Of a stretch of DNA of 64,000 nucleotides, positions 50,750 to 63,987 are shown one piece after another. Under the pieces are notes generated by a model that made no database searches, was not told the origin of the DNA, and was given only the letters and a program-made list of their open reading frames with translations. Made by a program: the position numbers and the translations under genes. How positions within the stretch are numbered: the first letter of the stretch is position 1; each line of letters begins with the position of its first letter. The stretch comes from Okamejei kenojei (Eukaryota): the NCBI GenBank assembly GCA_035221665.1, contig CM069140.1:46872001-46936000 (forward strand), in the 5' to 3' direction.

Positions 50750-52014
50750 CAGGAACGTGCCGTGAGTAATTACTCAGGGTAGGCACTCAGTCCGCTAAAA
50801 AAATATTAAATCGCTCCCGTTAAATAAATAAATAAATAAAAACAGTGACATTTCAATTTGCCCAAGGCTTCCTAGTCCTAGACCAACTGGGGGAACAGTT
50901 CCTTTCACAGAGTGTGGAGAGTGTGTCAGGGGAAAAGTTGTGGGGAGGGCACGTGTGTTGAGAAGGAGGGTGTCGGGGATAACGGCAGAAACTTACTCAC
51001 CGCTGCCGCAGCTCTCCGGGCACGGAGCCCCCGCACTGTATCTGGGGATAGAAGCAGCTCGGGTAGCTACGAGCGGCCGCCGGTACCCGACAGCAGAACT
51101 GGCCGCCACTTCAGCGCCTTCTGCTGGCCCGCTCACCTCTGGCAGTGTTCTCCGTCGGAACACCTGTCACCTGCCGTTCACCGACTTCGCTCATGTCAGC
51201 GGCTTCCTGCAAATCCTTAAATTCCCACAGCCGAGTAACCTCAATTGCGCTGTCGGAATTTAAGGACATGAGTGAGGCCAGCGAGTGGCAGGAGAGTGGT
51301 TTGTAGACGGAGAGCTGCCAGAGGTGAGCGGGGACCGGCAGAAGGAGAGAAGGTGGCGGCTGGTTCCACTGTCCTGCCCGGCGGCCGCTCAGCCACCCGA
51401 GCTACTTCTCTTCCCCCCCCGGCCTGAATGTGGTGGCATTCCACGCCTCCGTGCAAGGAGCGTCGCAAGTGGCATTATCCGAATCCCCTCATTCATAACA
51501 TTCGTGCCCTCCCCGCAACCTTACCCCGGGCCAGACTCCCCAAACACTGTGAAAGGAGCTCTCCCCCCCCCCCCCCCCCCCCACACACCCCGGGAAATAC
51601 AGTATTTATAAACATAAACACAAAATGTACTTACCACATTATTGGTACACAAGCTCCATTCTTCTCTCTTTGTTACCTAACATACACTTAAAATATTGAC
51701 AAACCATATTTGAAAACCCCGCCAAGAAACTTGCATGCGTAGTAGACCCATGCGCATGCGCATTGCTGCAAAGGCAGAATTTCTGCTGCTTTCAGCCCCG
51801 ATTATCATTGACGACTTCAGGCAGCGCTGACGGCACGTGGGTTGCACAGCGCTGCGGATGAAAGGCATGGAGAATTATGCCTACCTAAGAGATCGATCTC
51901 TTACATAGGCATAATTCTCCCATGCCTTTACTATTTATATTTAGTTATTACCATGTTATAATTTTAGTCAGGGTAGGCAGTGCCTACCTTGTCTACCCTG
52001 ACGGCACGTGCCTG
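50750..52014. mobile_element. hAT-type MITE (1265 bp) inserted in BEL pol
   Basis: TIR CAGGAACGTGCCGT...ACGGCACGTGCCTG; 8-bp TSD AAAGGGAA/AAAGGAAA; the pol reading VQR/KVYQ resumes after it. Confidence 0.92.
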
Positions 52015-53330
52015 AAAGGAAAGTATACCAAACTGAGGTGTCCTGTCTAGAGAAAGGAAGGATCATTTCCAAAAACAGCTCCCTAAAGAAGCTCAATCCG
52101 ATCCTTGATAGTAATGGACTCTTGAGAATAGGAGGCCAGCTTCAGCATGCTCCACTTGAGATAGAGGAGAAACACCCTCTCATCATTCCTGGTCGCAGCC
52201 ATGTTGCGAGCTTACTTGTAAATCACTACCATGAGAGAGTTAGACATCAAGGCAGAATCTTCACCGAAGGAGCTATCCGCACAGATGGTATCTGGATTGT
52301 GGGAGCTAAGAGATGCATTGCCAGCATTCAGCATAGATGTGTCACATGTATCAAACTCCGTGGAAAGACAGCAGAACAGAAAATGGCAGATCTTCCATCC
52401 GATCGTCTCAGCACAGTGCCCCCTTTTACAAACGTGGGTTTGGATGTGTTTGGCCCCTGGAATATCTCCACTCGCCGTACCCGAGGAGGTGCAGCGAATA
52501 GCAAAGGGTGGGCTGTATTGTTCACATGCCTAAGCATACGTGCTGTTCATATCAAGCTGATTGAGTCGATGGACACATCAAGCTTCATCAATGCTCTACG
52601 ACGCTTCTTTGCACTGCGTGGTCCAGTAAAGGTGATCCACTCTGACTGTGGGACGTATTTTAAGGGAGCCTGCAAAGAGTTGCAAATTCTACAAGATGAG
52701 AATAACATCTCAAAGTATCTTAATGAGGAAGGATGCACGTGACTTTTCAACCCACCCCACTCTTCCCATATGGGGTGAGTGTGGGAAAGAATGATCGGGG
52801 TTTCAAGACGGATCCTTGACTCCATGCTTTCTCAGACTAGCTCCTCGCATCTTACTCACGGTGCTTTCGACTTATGGCTGAGGTTACCGCAATAATAAAT
52901 GCAAGGCCTCTCGCACCTATCTCAGCTGATGCAGAATCACCCTTTCTTCTGACCCCAGCCACGATCCTGACACAGAAGGTCTGCACCACTTCTCCTCCAC
53001 CAGGATCCTTTGAAAATGCAGATCTATATCGTCACCAGTGGAAAAGAGTCCAGCATTTGGCAAATGCCTTTTGGGAGAGATGGAGACGAGAATATCTTTC
53101 TACTCTACAGAGCCGAAGCAAGTGGCAAGACCAATGTCAAGGAAGGAGACTTGGTGCTGCTCAGAGACTCTCAGGTGAAAAGGAACCAATGGCCCATGGC
53201 TCTCGTTACCAAGGCTCACCCTGATGACGATGGCAAGGTCAGGAAGCTTGAGCTGAAGGTTACCAAAGGAGGGACTATTACGACCTTCCTCAGGCCAGTA
53301 ACTGAAGTAGTGGTGCTTATGCCATCCTAA
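52015..53330 (+). pseudogene. BEL/Pao integrase region (stops and frameshifts)
   Basis: HHCC (HYH...H...CVTC), GLDVFGP, HSDCGT, WERMI, FWERWRREYL. Confidence 0.9.
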
Positions 53331-53442
53331 GCCTCTACCATGGACAGTTCCTTGCTTATTTTGTTATTTGGTTGTAAATAGTTCGTAACTGACTGTAATT
53401 AGAGAATTGGTAGTGGTATTGTGATCAATACCAGACGGGGAG

Positions 53443-53853
53443 TGTGATGTTACATGTAAGTAAAGTGTATTTTAGCCCCTCCTAGTGGTTGCTTAAAAGA
53501 TTGCGGCCACCTAAATTCACTCTTGTTCTCCATTCGTTGCTTGTGATCACATGATTGGACTCATGGATGGGACAGGCCATTTTGCATTGGGATTGTGGAC
53601 AGCAATGTGCTCTGAAGCCCTCTCTGTTAAATCTATTGCCATCTGCCTGTGTTGAGCCTTGGAGAAGTTTCGTTTTTCATTAAAAAAAGAGTTATAGAAG
53701 CATTGTAAAAAGCAAGTTGATGAAGACAAGCAAATAAATGAAATTCAACTTTATTTCCACGTCTAAGTCATCACTTAACCCTTTCAGTGCCAAGTACACC
53801 TGATTAGCTATCTGTCACTTTGTGTACTGCCACACATGCAAGGGGACAGAATA
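53443..53853 (+). repeat. BEL 3' LTR (411 bp)
   Basis: Direct repeat of 44245-44330 plus 45584-45906; termini TG...TA. Confidence 0.95.
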
Positions 53854-54199
53854 GGGATATTATGGCAGATTACAAAAACTTTGGATATAGTCGTACAGCA
53901 CACACATCCTCTTCGGCAAAACTCGCTCATGCCAACAAAGATCTCCCATCTCAGCTAATCCCGTTTGTTCGCATGTGGCTTATATTCATCTTTACCGTTC
54001 CTATCCATGTACCTGCCCAAGTGTCTTAAATGTTGTTATATTACTTCTTCTGCCTAAAGATGAAATTTTTAAGGGGTAAACAACTGAAGCATAGCTGCAT
54101 GCTGTTGCAGAACTAAACGTTTTTTTGCATAAGAACTTAGAATTTGTGAATCAACATTTTAGATGGTTGCGTTGTTCTAATTGAAGGTGTGAAGTCAAA

Positions 54200-55324
54200 C
54201 AAAGGGTTTCTGCAGCATTGCAGCTCCTGAAGAGCACAGCCATTCTTAAATGGAAGAACTTTGGAACCACCAGGACTCTTCATAGAGCTGGCCGCCCGGC
54301 CAAACTGAGCAATCGGGGGAGAAGGGCCTTGGTCAGGGAGGTGACCAAGTACCTGATGGTCACTCTGACAGAGCTCCAGAGTTCCTTTGTGGAGATGGGA
54401 GAACCTTCCAGAAGGACAACTATATCTGCAGCACTCCATCAATCAGGCCCTTATGGTAGAATGGCCAGACGGAAGCCACTCCTCAGTAAAAGGCACATGA
54501 CAGTCTGCTTGGAGTTTCCCAAGAGGTACTTAAAGGAATCTCAGACCATTAGAAACAAGATTCTCTGCTCTGATGAAACCAAGATTGAACTCTTTGGCCT
54601 GAATGTCAAGCGTCACGTCTGGCGGAAACCAGGCACCGCTCATCACCTGGCCAATACCATACCTACGGTGAAGCATGGTGGTGGCAGCATCATGCTGTGG
54701 GGATGTTTTTCAGCGGCAGGAACTAGGAGAATAGTCAGGATCAAGGAAAAGATGAGCAAAGTACAGAGAGATCCTTGATGAAAACCTGCTCCAGAGTGTT
54801 CTGGACCTCAGACTAGGGCAGAGGTTCACCTTCCAACAGGACAATGACCTAAGCACACAGCCAAGACAATGCATGAGTGGCTTTGTGACAAGTCTGTGAA
54901 TGTCCTTGAGTGGCCCAGCCAGAGCCCCACTTGAACCCAATCGAACATCTCTAGAGGGACCTGAAAATAGCTGTGCAACGACGCTCCCCATCCAACCTGA
55001 CATAGCAGAGAAGAATGGGAAAAATTACCCAAATACAGGTGTGCCAAGCTAGTAACGTCATCCTCAAGAAGACCTGAGGCTGTAATCGCTGCCAAAGGTG
55101 CCTCAACAAAGTACTGAGTAAAGGTCTGAATACTTATGTAAATGTGATATTTCAGTTATTTCTTTTTAATTAATTTCTAAACACCTGTTTTCACTTTTTT
55201 ATTATCGGGTATTGTGGGTCGATTGATTATTTAAAAACATGAATTTAATTTGTTGTAGAATAAGGTTGTAACGTAACAACATGTGGAAAAGGTGGAGGGG
55301 CCTGAATACTTTCCGAATGTACTG
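54200..55324 (+). mobile_element. 5'-truncated Tc1 transposon with a frameshifted DD34E transposase
   Basis: GRPAKLS, ARRKPLL, SDETKIE, KHGGGSIMLWGCF, FQQDND, WPSQSP..NPIE; the right TIR ends ...TACTG followed by TA. Confidence 0.93.
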
Positions 55325-55699
55325 TATATTCTCATGGATTTAGCTGAGTTCCTAAACTGAAATCTTCATTGCTGTGCTGATCTTTCTGGCAACATTACAA
55401 ATCTTTTTTTGTTAGTTAAGTAATACAATATTCAACTTTTATTATTGTCACTAACAATAATTGTTCCCTTATAGCCGTAGTTCACAAAGGAATATATATT
55501 CATTTTGAATTATAACATTTCTTGGTGTCTGCTATTGATTACTGTAGACCGATGTTTTGATCTAATTTTCCAATACTTCAGTCAGTTCTATCTAACATCT
55601 GTATAATTGGCTTAAGTTCAAAACTTTACATTCTGATAATCTGTCTTTCTCAAACTATGAATACAACATTTCATGATACTGTGATCATTTTTCTTAAAA

Positions 55700-57075
55700 T
55701 AAATTGCTTACAAATGAACTTTCGCATTACACCAGATACGGTCTGTAGTCTCTTCAATAAAGCCATAATATTAGATATGCTCCAATATGTTGGTATCTGA
55801 CCTGTGCTTAATGAAGATATAAATATATTTGCCAAGGCTCCATTGGCATATGCCTCTTCCTTCCTTACGAGGCCCTTATTTATTGTCCCTTGTCAAGCAA
55901 AGTTCCCTAATCTTGCTAGTCTTGCCCTTCACTCTATCAGCAACACGCTGACCCTGAACTCTTCCGATCTCACCTTTGAAAGCCTTCCCATAGGAAGACA
56001 TCCCTCTATATGTAAATGCTCTCTCCCAATCGACTTTTGCACGTTACTGTCTGATGCAATCAGAATTAGCCTTCACCCAATTTAGATGTGCTAAAGATAG
56101 GATCAGTGTTATCTTTTCCCATAACTATCTTGAAATTAATAAAATAATGGTCACTGGTCCCATATTACTCCATCACTGACATATCAACCTCTTGCCCAGC
56201 CTTGTTTCTTAAGAGATCGAGTGCAGACCATTTTCTTATAGGGCCATCTACATGTTATATCAGGTAACATTTGTTTCACTTGCCCCATATATTTAAAGTC
56301 TTTACTTTTTGTGTGTCCTTTGCCACAAGATCATATTTTATTTGTTTGCCCCTACTTCTTTTCCAGCTTTCTTCCTTCCCCACCACCTCAGTCTTATAAT
56401 TCTGAAAATGGGTCCTGATCTGAAATATCATCTGTCCTTTCCCTCCAGCATTTTATGTTTGATCTAAAACCTGTTAACCTATATATCCTTCCTCATTGTC
56501 CAATACAGCACATATTGTGGTATCATTTGTTATGCAAATTGCTAATGTACATGTCAAACAACAATGCATCCAGCACCCTCCACTATAGCACCACACTGGT
56601 CACACGCCTCCATAAAGGTAAAACTCAAGCCAATTTAGAATCCACTGGGCTAACACTCCTTGGATTCCATGCAGTTTAATCATCCAGACTAGTCAACTAT
56701 GCAAGATCTTGTCAAAGACCTTGCTAAAGTCCAAAAGACAATTTTCACTGCCCTGCGCCCATAAATCTATTTTATTACTTTGTCAAAAAAAAACAGTCAA
56801 GTTTGTAAGACACAAATTCTCATGCACAAAGCCATACTGACTATCACTAATCTACCCATGTCTATTCAAATGCTGGTAAATGTTATCCCGGAGAATCCCT
56901 TCCAACAACTTACCCATCACTGACATCAGACACACCTGCCTGTAGTTCCCTGGCATCTCCTTGCTGCCATTCATAACTACCATTACCATATTATCCATCC
57001 TTCAGTCTTAGAGAACTTCACCTGTGGCTGAAAATAATGTAAATATGCCTGCAAGGGCCCCTGCAATTTCCCTCC
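55700..57075 (-). mobile_element. Old CR1 ORF2 remnants with a degenerate Penelope 3' repeat (~56300-56450)
   Basis: Minus strand resembles NYRxVxL and DFSKVFDK (aaagaccttgctaaagtcc on the plus strand). Confidence 0.65.
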
Positions 57076-57089
57076 TAGCTTCTCACCCT

Positions 57090-57700
57090 GCTCTGTGTAG
57101 CTGAACAAAGATGGACCGGCGCAAATAAAGACAGACCCGGTGGGCCGCCAGAAACAACCTGGCGGGACGCTGTGAACAAAGGCAGATCTTGTGGGCTGCC
57201 GTGAATGTAGATGGAACTGTCGGGTTGCCCACAGCCACGTGTGACGGCAGGCCTGGCTTGCAACCATGATGCAGGTCCAGGCGGGCCGCTGCTTTCAGTG
57301 GAAGCTTGGAAGCTGCCGAGCTTGTCCCCGAAGACAGGAGAGTTGAGCCGTTGGCAATGACGGATGCGAGGAGTGGGCCAGTAGGAGAAGGACCGGGGTA
57401 TTGCCTCAGCACCTTCAAGGTCAACTGCAGGAAGCACCTCCCCGGTCACAAAGGTGGTCGTATGAGGAGAGGGACGTTCATTCACGGGTCGAGCCAGTAA
57501 ATGGCGATGGAGGAGACGTGGCAGCCTGGGGCTTACCTGGGTTTACGTGGATTGGGGAAGCTCCAGAACATCCAGTATGTGGACCGGACTTTGGAGTTTT
57601 TCTTTGTGTAAATGGCACTAAAATATGGCGACTTGTGCATGCGTAAACTAAGCAAAGAGAATTTCACTGTGCAGCGTATACGTGACAATAAAGAACCATT
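57090..57700 (+). mobile_element. GC-rich non-autonomous element with a Rex1-type 3' tail
   Basis: Ends gaatttcactgtgc...gtgacaataaagaaccatt, like the Rex1 tails at ~16135-16180. Confidence 0.55.
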
Positions 57701-57859
57701 GGATTTATTCACCTAGAAGAACTTTTAAACTACCAACGCTTCCTCTTTGGTTATCCATATATGATTTAAGACATCACAACTCCTGTGCCCAATTCCTTAG
57801 CTTCCATTATCTTCTCAGTAAAAGCTGATGGGAATTATTCATTTAACTCTATCTCTGTT

Positions 57860-59150
57860 ACATGGACAATTGCATCCGGGCCACCCCTTGCACCCATACA
57901 AAACTCATGGACTTCATTAACTGCACTACCAATTTCCATCCTGCACTCAATTCACTTGGATCATCTCCGACACCTCCCTCACCTTTATCTCATCGTCTCC
58001 ATCACTATCGACTGACGTCTATTACAAACCTACTGCCTCCAACAGCTATCTAGAGTACACTTCTTCCCACCCTGCCTCCTGCAAAGATTATATCCCCAAC
58101 TCCCAATTCATCTATCTCTGCCATATCTGCGCCCACGATAAGGTTTTCCATACTAGGACATCCGAGTTGTCCTCATTCTTTAGGGATCGGGGGTTCCCCG
58201 CTTTATCATAAATGAGGCCCTCACACATGTCTTCTCGGTATCCTGTGGGCCTGCTCTTGCTTCCCCCTCTCCCCAGTCGCAACAGGGACAGAGTCCCCCT
58301 AGTTCTCAACTTCAGCCGTCGCATATGGCACATAATACTCCGACTTTTTCACCACCTCCAACAGGATTCCACCACAAGTCACATCTTCCTGTCTCCACCC
58401 CTTTCCGATCTCCACAGACTGTTCCCTCTGCAACTCCCTGGTTCACTCATCCCTTCCCATCCAAACCGCCCCCTCCCCTGGTATTTTCCCTGCAACAGCA
58501 GACGATGCAACACCTGTTCCTATACCTCCTCCATTGACTCCATCCAGGGACCCCAACAGTCCTTTCAAGTGAGGCCAAGGTTCACATGCACCTCCTCCAA
58601 CCTAATCTACTGTATCCGTTGTTCTTGGTGTGGACTCCTTTATGTCGGCGAGACCAAGCGCAGATTGGACAATTGTTTTGTTGAACACCTATGCTTTGGC
58701 ATCGCGATCGCCCTGTTGCCAAACCTTTCCCTTTCCCATTCTGACCATCCTGTCCAGGACCTCCAGAGTGAGGCCACATGCAAATTGGAGCACCATATTT
58801 CGCTTGGGCATTTTACAACCCAGCGGTATGAATATTGATTTCTGTTGTTTCAAGTTACTTCAGCATTCCCTCGCTCTCTGCCCCTCCGCCACCATAGTTG
58901 CCTTGCCAGTTCCACTGGCAATCCATATATCCCTTCGGTATCACCTCTTCCACAGCCAACAATTGATCATTGTGGGCTCCACCTTTACTTGGTTATTGAT
59001 GCCAGCTCTGATTTGTTATGAACCTTTTCATACCTCTAGTTTCCATCCCCCCTAACTCTCAGTCTGAAGAAGGATTTCAATTCCAAATGTCACCTATTCC
59101 TTTTTTCCAGAGATTCGGCTTCACTTGCTGAGTTACTCCATCATTTTGCG
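57860..59150 (+). mobile_element. Degraded 5'-truncated Penelope element
   Basis: NLIYCIRCSWCGLLYVGET; similar to 22480-23598; degenerate hammerhead at 59061-59093. Confidence 0.9.
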
Positions 59151-61720
59151 TCTATATTAAGAGAGCAATGTCAGTTTCTTTCTCAATAAACATGTACACA
59201 TCCACAGAGCAAATTAATGATTTAAATTGGGACTTTTGAAACCGTGAACCATGGATCAAATGTGACTTGTAACTGTTGTGGATCGTGTGGATTTCTGGAC
59301 CATGTATTCTGTTGTACAAGAGATTCAAATTCAAAGATCCATGTTTGCTGGAGAAGGCCTTTATTCTAGAACCGTGCACAATTGCAGAAAGAAAGTTGGG
59401 GAGGATATTACGGCCCAGGGATTCAGAGAGGATCATATTGGGATAAGGATGGTGATTGGGATTCAGTTACAGATATTTGGGGAGGAATTTAGCCTAATGA
59501 TTGGTTTGTTCACCAGATGATTGTTGGAGATAGGATGAGTGAAGAAAGGAGTTGGCCAAAAGAAAGGAAGGAAATTTGGACAGACAGTGAAAGGATAGTA
59601 CTGTCGTTGTTAGCAATGATTAGAGACTAGTGGGAGATATGTTTTAAATTGAAATTTAAAAGTATTGTACTCTTCCTGTATTTAGATAAAGGACTACACT
59701 ATTCTACACTATTATTCAATCACCATTCATTTAATTATTTCTTAATTTGATCATAATTAGTGAATAATAATTATGCAAGTGTTTAATCAGTTTGTAAATC
59801 ATTCATTCATCATCGTTGAAAACATTAGCGACACAGTGGTGCTGGTTTACAATTGGAACGGTGACGGATGCACCACACATCACTGTCCTCCAGTTCCTGC
59901 AGACTTCCGCCGCTGGAAGTATAGGATTTTGGTGTGTGTGCTTTATCATCATTCCTTACACTGCTATGTACGACAGTGATCACAACTTCTACTGAAGTGT
60001 GGATGGCCGTTGGCTCGCTAGAAGCTCATCCGCCCTTTGACAGGTCTTGTTTTTGGTCCTGCTGCTGCGGGTCCACAGCCCCCTCCTCACCTCGCAAATC
60101 AGGTGGGGGAGACGGTTTAATCGCCGACCTTCCGACCATGGAGCAGGTAGCATTGGATTACATGGTACCCGTGGTGGGGGGGATCTCCCCCTGACCTGAC
60201 CGGTAAATCAGTTCAGCAATTTTCTTCTTAATTCATCCCCTCTAGTTCTCCCAACGAGTGTTTCTAATATTTCTAATTGCTTTTGTATCAACTCTGTACA
60301 TTAGAAAGCATGAAGTTTATGGGTGCCTGCCTTTGTTTATAATTTAGTTGTCCACTCTCTTGATCTTTCGGATCCATTGAAAATAACATATAGCATTGAT
60401 TATTGAACACATTTAACACAAATTAGAAAATATTTCAACTTTTGAGTAAAATGCCACTATATCTGAAAATACATCTCTTATTAACATTGTATTTGCTGAT
60501 TTGCTGTACCTTCACAAATAAATCCCAGGTGCATTATTTGAAGAAGTGATAGTTTAGCAGATTGTTCCTGGAAATTGATTGCATTTGTCCATGCATCTAC
60601 GCCATCTAAATCCTACAGTTTATTTGAGTCACAGAAAAATGCCTAGAATAAGGAGTGACCTTTGCCTCTTCACTCTAGATTATAAAACAATATTTACATA
60701 AATATTAAATAATAAAATGAAAATGTAGGCAAAAGGCAGAGAGAATTCCAACAGAAAAAGCAGTAAAGTCTCTCCTGTTTTAAGAACACCTTCATTTAAG
60801 CACCTTTCTTTACTTGCCTAACATCACTGTAGAGATAGATTGTGAATCTGAGGCAAATCTTACAGTTATTCAAAATATTCACAGAATTACACACAATATA
60901 CAGCACAAACAACAATCAATGGAGCATTTAGTTCATGCACATGTGCCTCTTGTTTTCTTTTCCCTTCTCCTTCAGAGGCTTATTTAATGTTCCCTTAAAT
61001 GCATACATATTACAATCACCCTATGACACAAAGTTGATACATCTAGCCTACATTTCGAAATTCTTCATACGAAAATGAGGGAAACCAGTGATTTCTGATT
61101 CTCCTGTACTTTAAGTTTAAGTTTAAAACAGCAGTATTTTTGTATTTTTGTTCAATACATTGCAAGAGTGAATTACAGAATGATTTTTCAATCAGCTGTA
61201 CAAGTTAATAAATCAATTGCAATCGCCGTCCAAAGGAAGTTGTAGGTGTATATAGATAAGTTATCAAAGTAATTTAAAAACTGGTACTAAGACTTAGTGA
61301 TAAGACAGTTACTGCACTTTCTAACATAATGCCTAACCCAGTTTCCCTTACATTTGAGTCGATATTGCTGGATTCAGCCCACTATTGCAGTTACAAGCCA
61401 TCTACATTCACGTTGAATACGATAGGGCTCACTGGATGCTGGAATCGGAATCTGGAATTTTGTTTATGGCTTGTCTAGGAAAACGCCAAATAGGTTTTGA
61501 CAGAATAAAGCAGGAAGGAAGCTTTGTCTTCCTTTAAACATGATGAAACATTATTTCCAAAAACATCCTTGACATTCATAAACATTTAAAAATATTAAAA
61601 TTGATATGAATATTTAAAACATCTCCAAAGTAAATATTGTTTAAAATCATCACAAAAAAACATTGCAAACATTTAAGTAAAATAGGTTTTAAAATAATAC
61701 ACTGCAGAATAGGGAAGGCA

Positions 61721-62741
61721 AGGAATGCAGTGACTAGTGGGGTACCGCAAGGCTCAGTGCTGGGACCCCAGCTATTTACAATATATATCAATGATCTGGA
61801 TGAGGGAATTGAAGGCAATATCTCCATGTTTGCGGATGACACTAAGCTGGGGGGCAGTGTTAGCTGTGAGGAGGATGCTAGGAGACTTGGATAGGCTGGG
61901 TGAGTGGGCAAATGTTTGGCAGATGCAGTATAATGTGGATAAATGTGAGGTTATCCACTTTGGTGGCAAAAACAGGAAAGCAGACTATTATCTAAATGGT
62001 GGCCGATTAGGAAAAGGGGAGATGCAGCGAGACCTGGGTGTCATGGTACACCAGTCATTGAAAGTAGGCATGCAGGTGCAGCAGGCAGTGAAGAAAGCGA
62101 ATGGTATGTTAGCTTTCATAGTAAAAGGATTTGAGTATAGGAGCAGGGAGGTTCTACTTCAGTTGTACAGGGATTTGGTGAGACTACACCTGGAGTATTG
62201 CGTACAGTTCTGGTCTCCAAATCTGAGGAAGGACATTATTGCCATAGAGGGAGTGCAGAGAAGGTCCACCAGACTGATTCCTGGGATGTCAGGACTGTCT
62301 TATGAAGAAAGACTGGATAGACTCGGTTTATACTCTCTAGAATATAGGAGATTGAGAGGGGATCTTACAGAAGCTTACAAAATTCTTAATGGGTTGGACA
62401 GGCTAGATGCAGGAAGATTGTTCCCAATGTTGGGGAAGTCCAGGAGAAGGGGTCACAGCCTAAGGATAAGGGAGAAATCCTTTAAGACCGAGATGAGAAA
62501 GACTTTTTTCACACAGTGGTGAGTCTCTGGAGCTCTCTGCCACAGAAGGTAGTTGAGGCCAGTTCATTGGCTATATTTAAGAGGGAGTTAGATGTGGCCC
62601 TTGTGGCTAAGGGGATCAGGGGGTATGGAGAGAAGGCAGGTACGGGATACTGAGTTGGATGATCAGCCATGATCATATTGAATGGCGGTGCAGGCTCGAA
62701 AGGCCGAATGGCCTACTCCTGCACCTAATTTCTATGTTTCT
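61721..62741 (+). mobile_element. 5'-truncated CR1 LINE
   Basis: [29 protein letters not shown]; tail TTTCTATGTTTCT. Confidence 0.95.
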
Positions 62742-62759
62742 GTGAATCATTGAAGTGAA

Positions 62760-63780
62760 TGATGTCTCAGATCCCACACTAAGTCTGACCTAGCGAGGAA
62801 TTTGAGTGATCATTTTCTCAAGGTAATACTTGGGGAATTCCAGCTACACCTGGCTGTGTTACTGCACTTATTTCTGTACAAATGGCTAAATTCCGCCATT
62901 TTCTTTGGAACATCAAGCCGCAGCCTGCAAGGTTTACCTAAGGATCGGATGAAGCAGGCAAAAATATATATTCTGCAGGATAGCACCTTGTTATTGAAAT
63001 GTTATGTAATTTTGAATTTATTAGAAGGTATCTTAAGTTTAGTAACATGTTAGGAATGCTTAGAGATGATTTTGATGATGATGCACCAACCTTTTGGGGG
63101 TTTGACCAAGATTATGTCATCAATGGAACCAAATGGGGAGATGCCCAGATTTTTTTTAATTTAGAGAGAAATTTGATAATGTTCACCCTTGACCACTCTT
63201 TTACAAGCGTATTTTGACAAAATCCAGATGTACTTCCTGGAATCCAAATTTCAGAAAACCTACCTGAGAACTTTCACTCTCGCAATTTAACTTTCCTTGG
63301 AATTGCAACAGATCTGGACTTCTATTAATTTCTTTATTGCACGATGCCATCCCAAATCATAAGGATTACGGCATTAGGAAAGGATTCCCATGCCACTAAT
63401 TGTAGTAGCCGTGGAGTGGGAGAATGATTCTAGAGAGATAGTTAGGGGCCATAATCCAATCGAAACAATAACATGCACAATTTTGTAAAGTGACTACTCT
63501 TATTCCATGTGTTTGACCACCAGACATATCACATATGTCTCCTTCATCTCTTTTATACTGGCAGTATAATTGGTAACATCTCTAGGTTGCTTTATAATGG
63601 ATCCTCCTAATTATAGCAATAATCACAATAGGATAGTTTTAATTGTAAAGCAGGAAAGAGGAAGTAACCCAGTTGGAGTGGGTTCCTTTTGTAATCCTTG
63701 ACCCCTTGCCAATATTTAGTTTTGCTTTCCAAAACCTAAGAATTTGTGGTTCATTTGCTCATTCTCGTGTATGGACATGG
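62760..63780 (-). mobile_element. Very degraded L1-like ORF2 remnant
   Basis: Minus-strand traces such as LKFGFQE and GLDVP-like; weak support. Confidence 0.4.
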
Positions 63781-63852
63781 TAAAAGAAGAAGAAAATGTA
63801 AATTAATAACAACAAATTTTATTTTGTATTTCATCTTTTTAATTTGCTTTAG

Positions 63853-63987
63853 TAATTGAGAAACATGGTTGTGATGCTCATCCATGCATGAATAATGGAA
63901 AGTGTGTTTTAAGGCCAGATAGCTCACTTGGATACGTATGCATTTGCTCCTCCGAATATTCTGGAGACTTCTGTCAGTCTGCTACGA
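63853..63987 (+). CDS. Host gene coding exon: EGF-like domain (VIEKHGCDAHPCMNNGKCVLRPDSSLGYVCICSSEYSGDFCQSAT)
   Basis: Six Cys in EGF spacing (C-x4-C-x5-C-x11-C-x-C-x8-C, with YxCxC and YxG). Acceptor tttttaatttgctttag; donor A|GTAAGT; symmetric phase 1-1. Confidence 0.93.

Larger units (their letters stand above)
44245..53853 (+). mobile_element. Full-length BEL/Pao LTR retrotransposon (defective, three nested insertions)
   Basis: LTRs at 44245-45906 (interrupted) and 53443-53853; 5-bp TSD GGGAT; PPT AGACGGGGAG; gag, PR (LDDQS), RT (FYVDD), RNase H (FSDAS) and IN (GLDVFGP, SDCGT). Confidence 0.97.

Noticed and set aside
59850-60200. GC-richer segment with short ORFs
   Set aside because: Probably a retroposon UTR fragment (RTE-like), but I could not support either a family assignment or an exon.
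60640-61250. Candidate acceptors at ~60679, ~60975 and ~61195
   Set aside because: Each hits a stop in phase 1 before any good donor.
62999-63217. Acidic ORF (RDDFDDDAPTFWG) as an extra host exon
   Set aside because: No convincing phase-compatible splice pair, and the region looks like antisense L1 debris.
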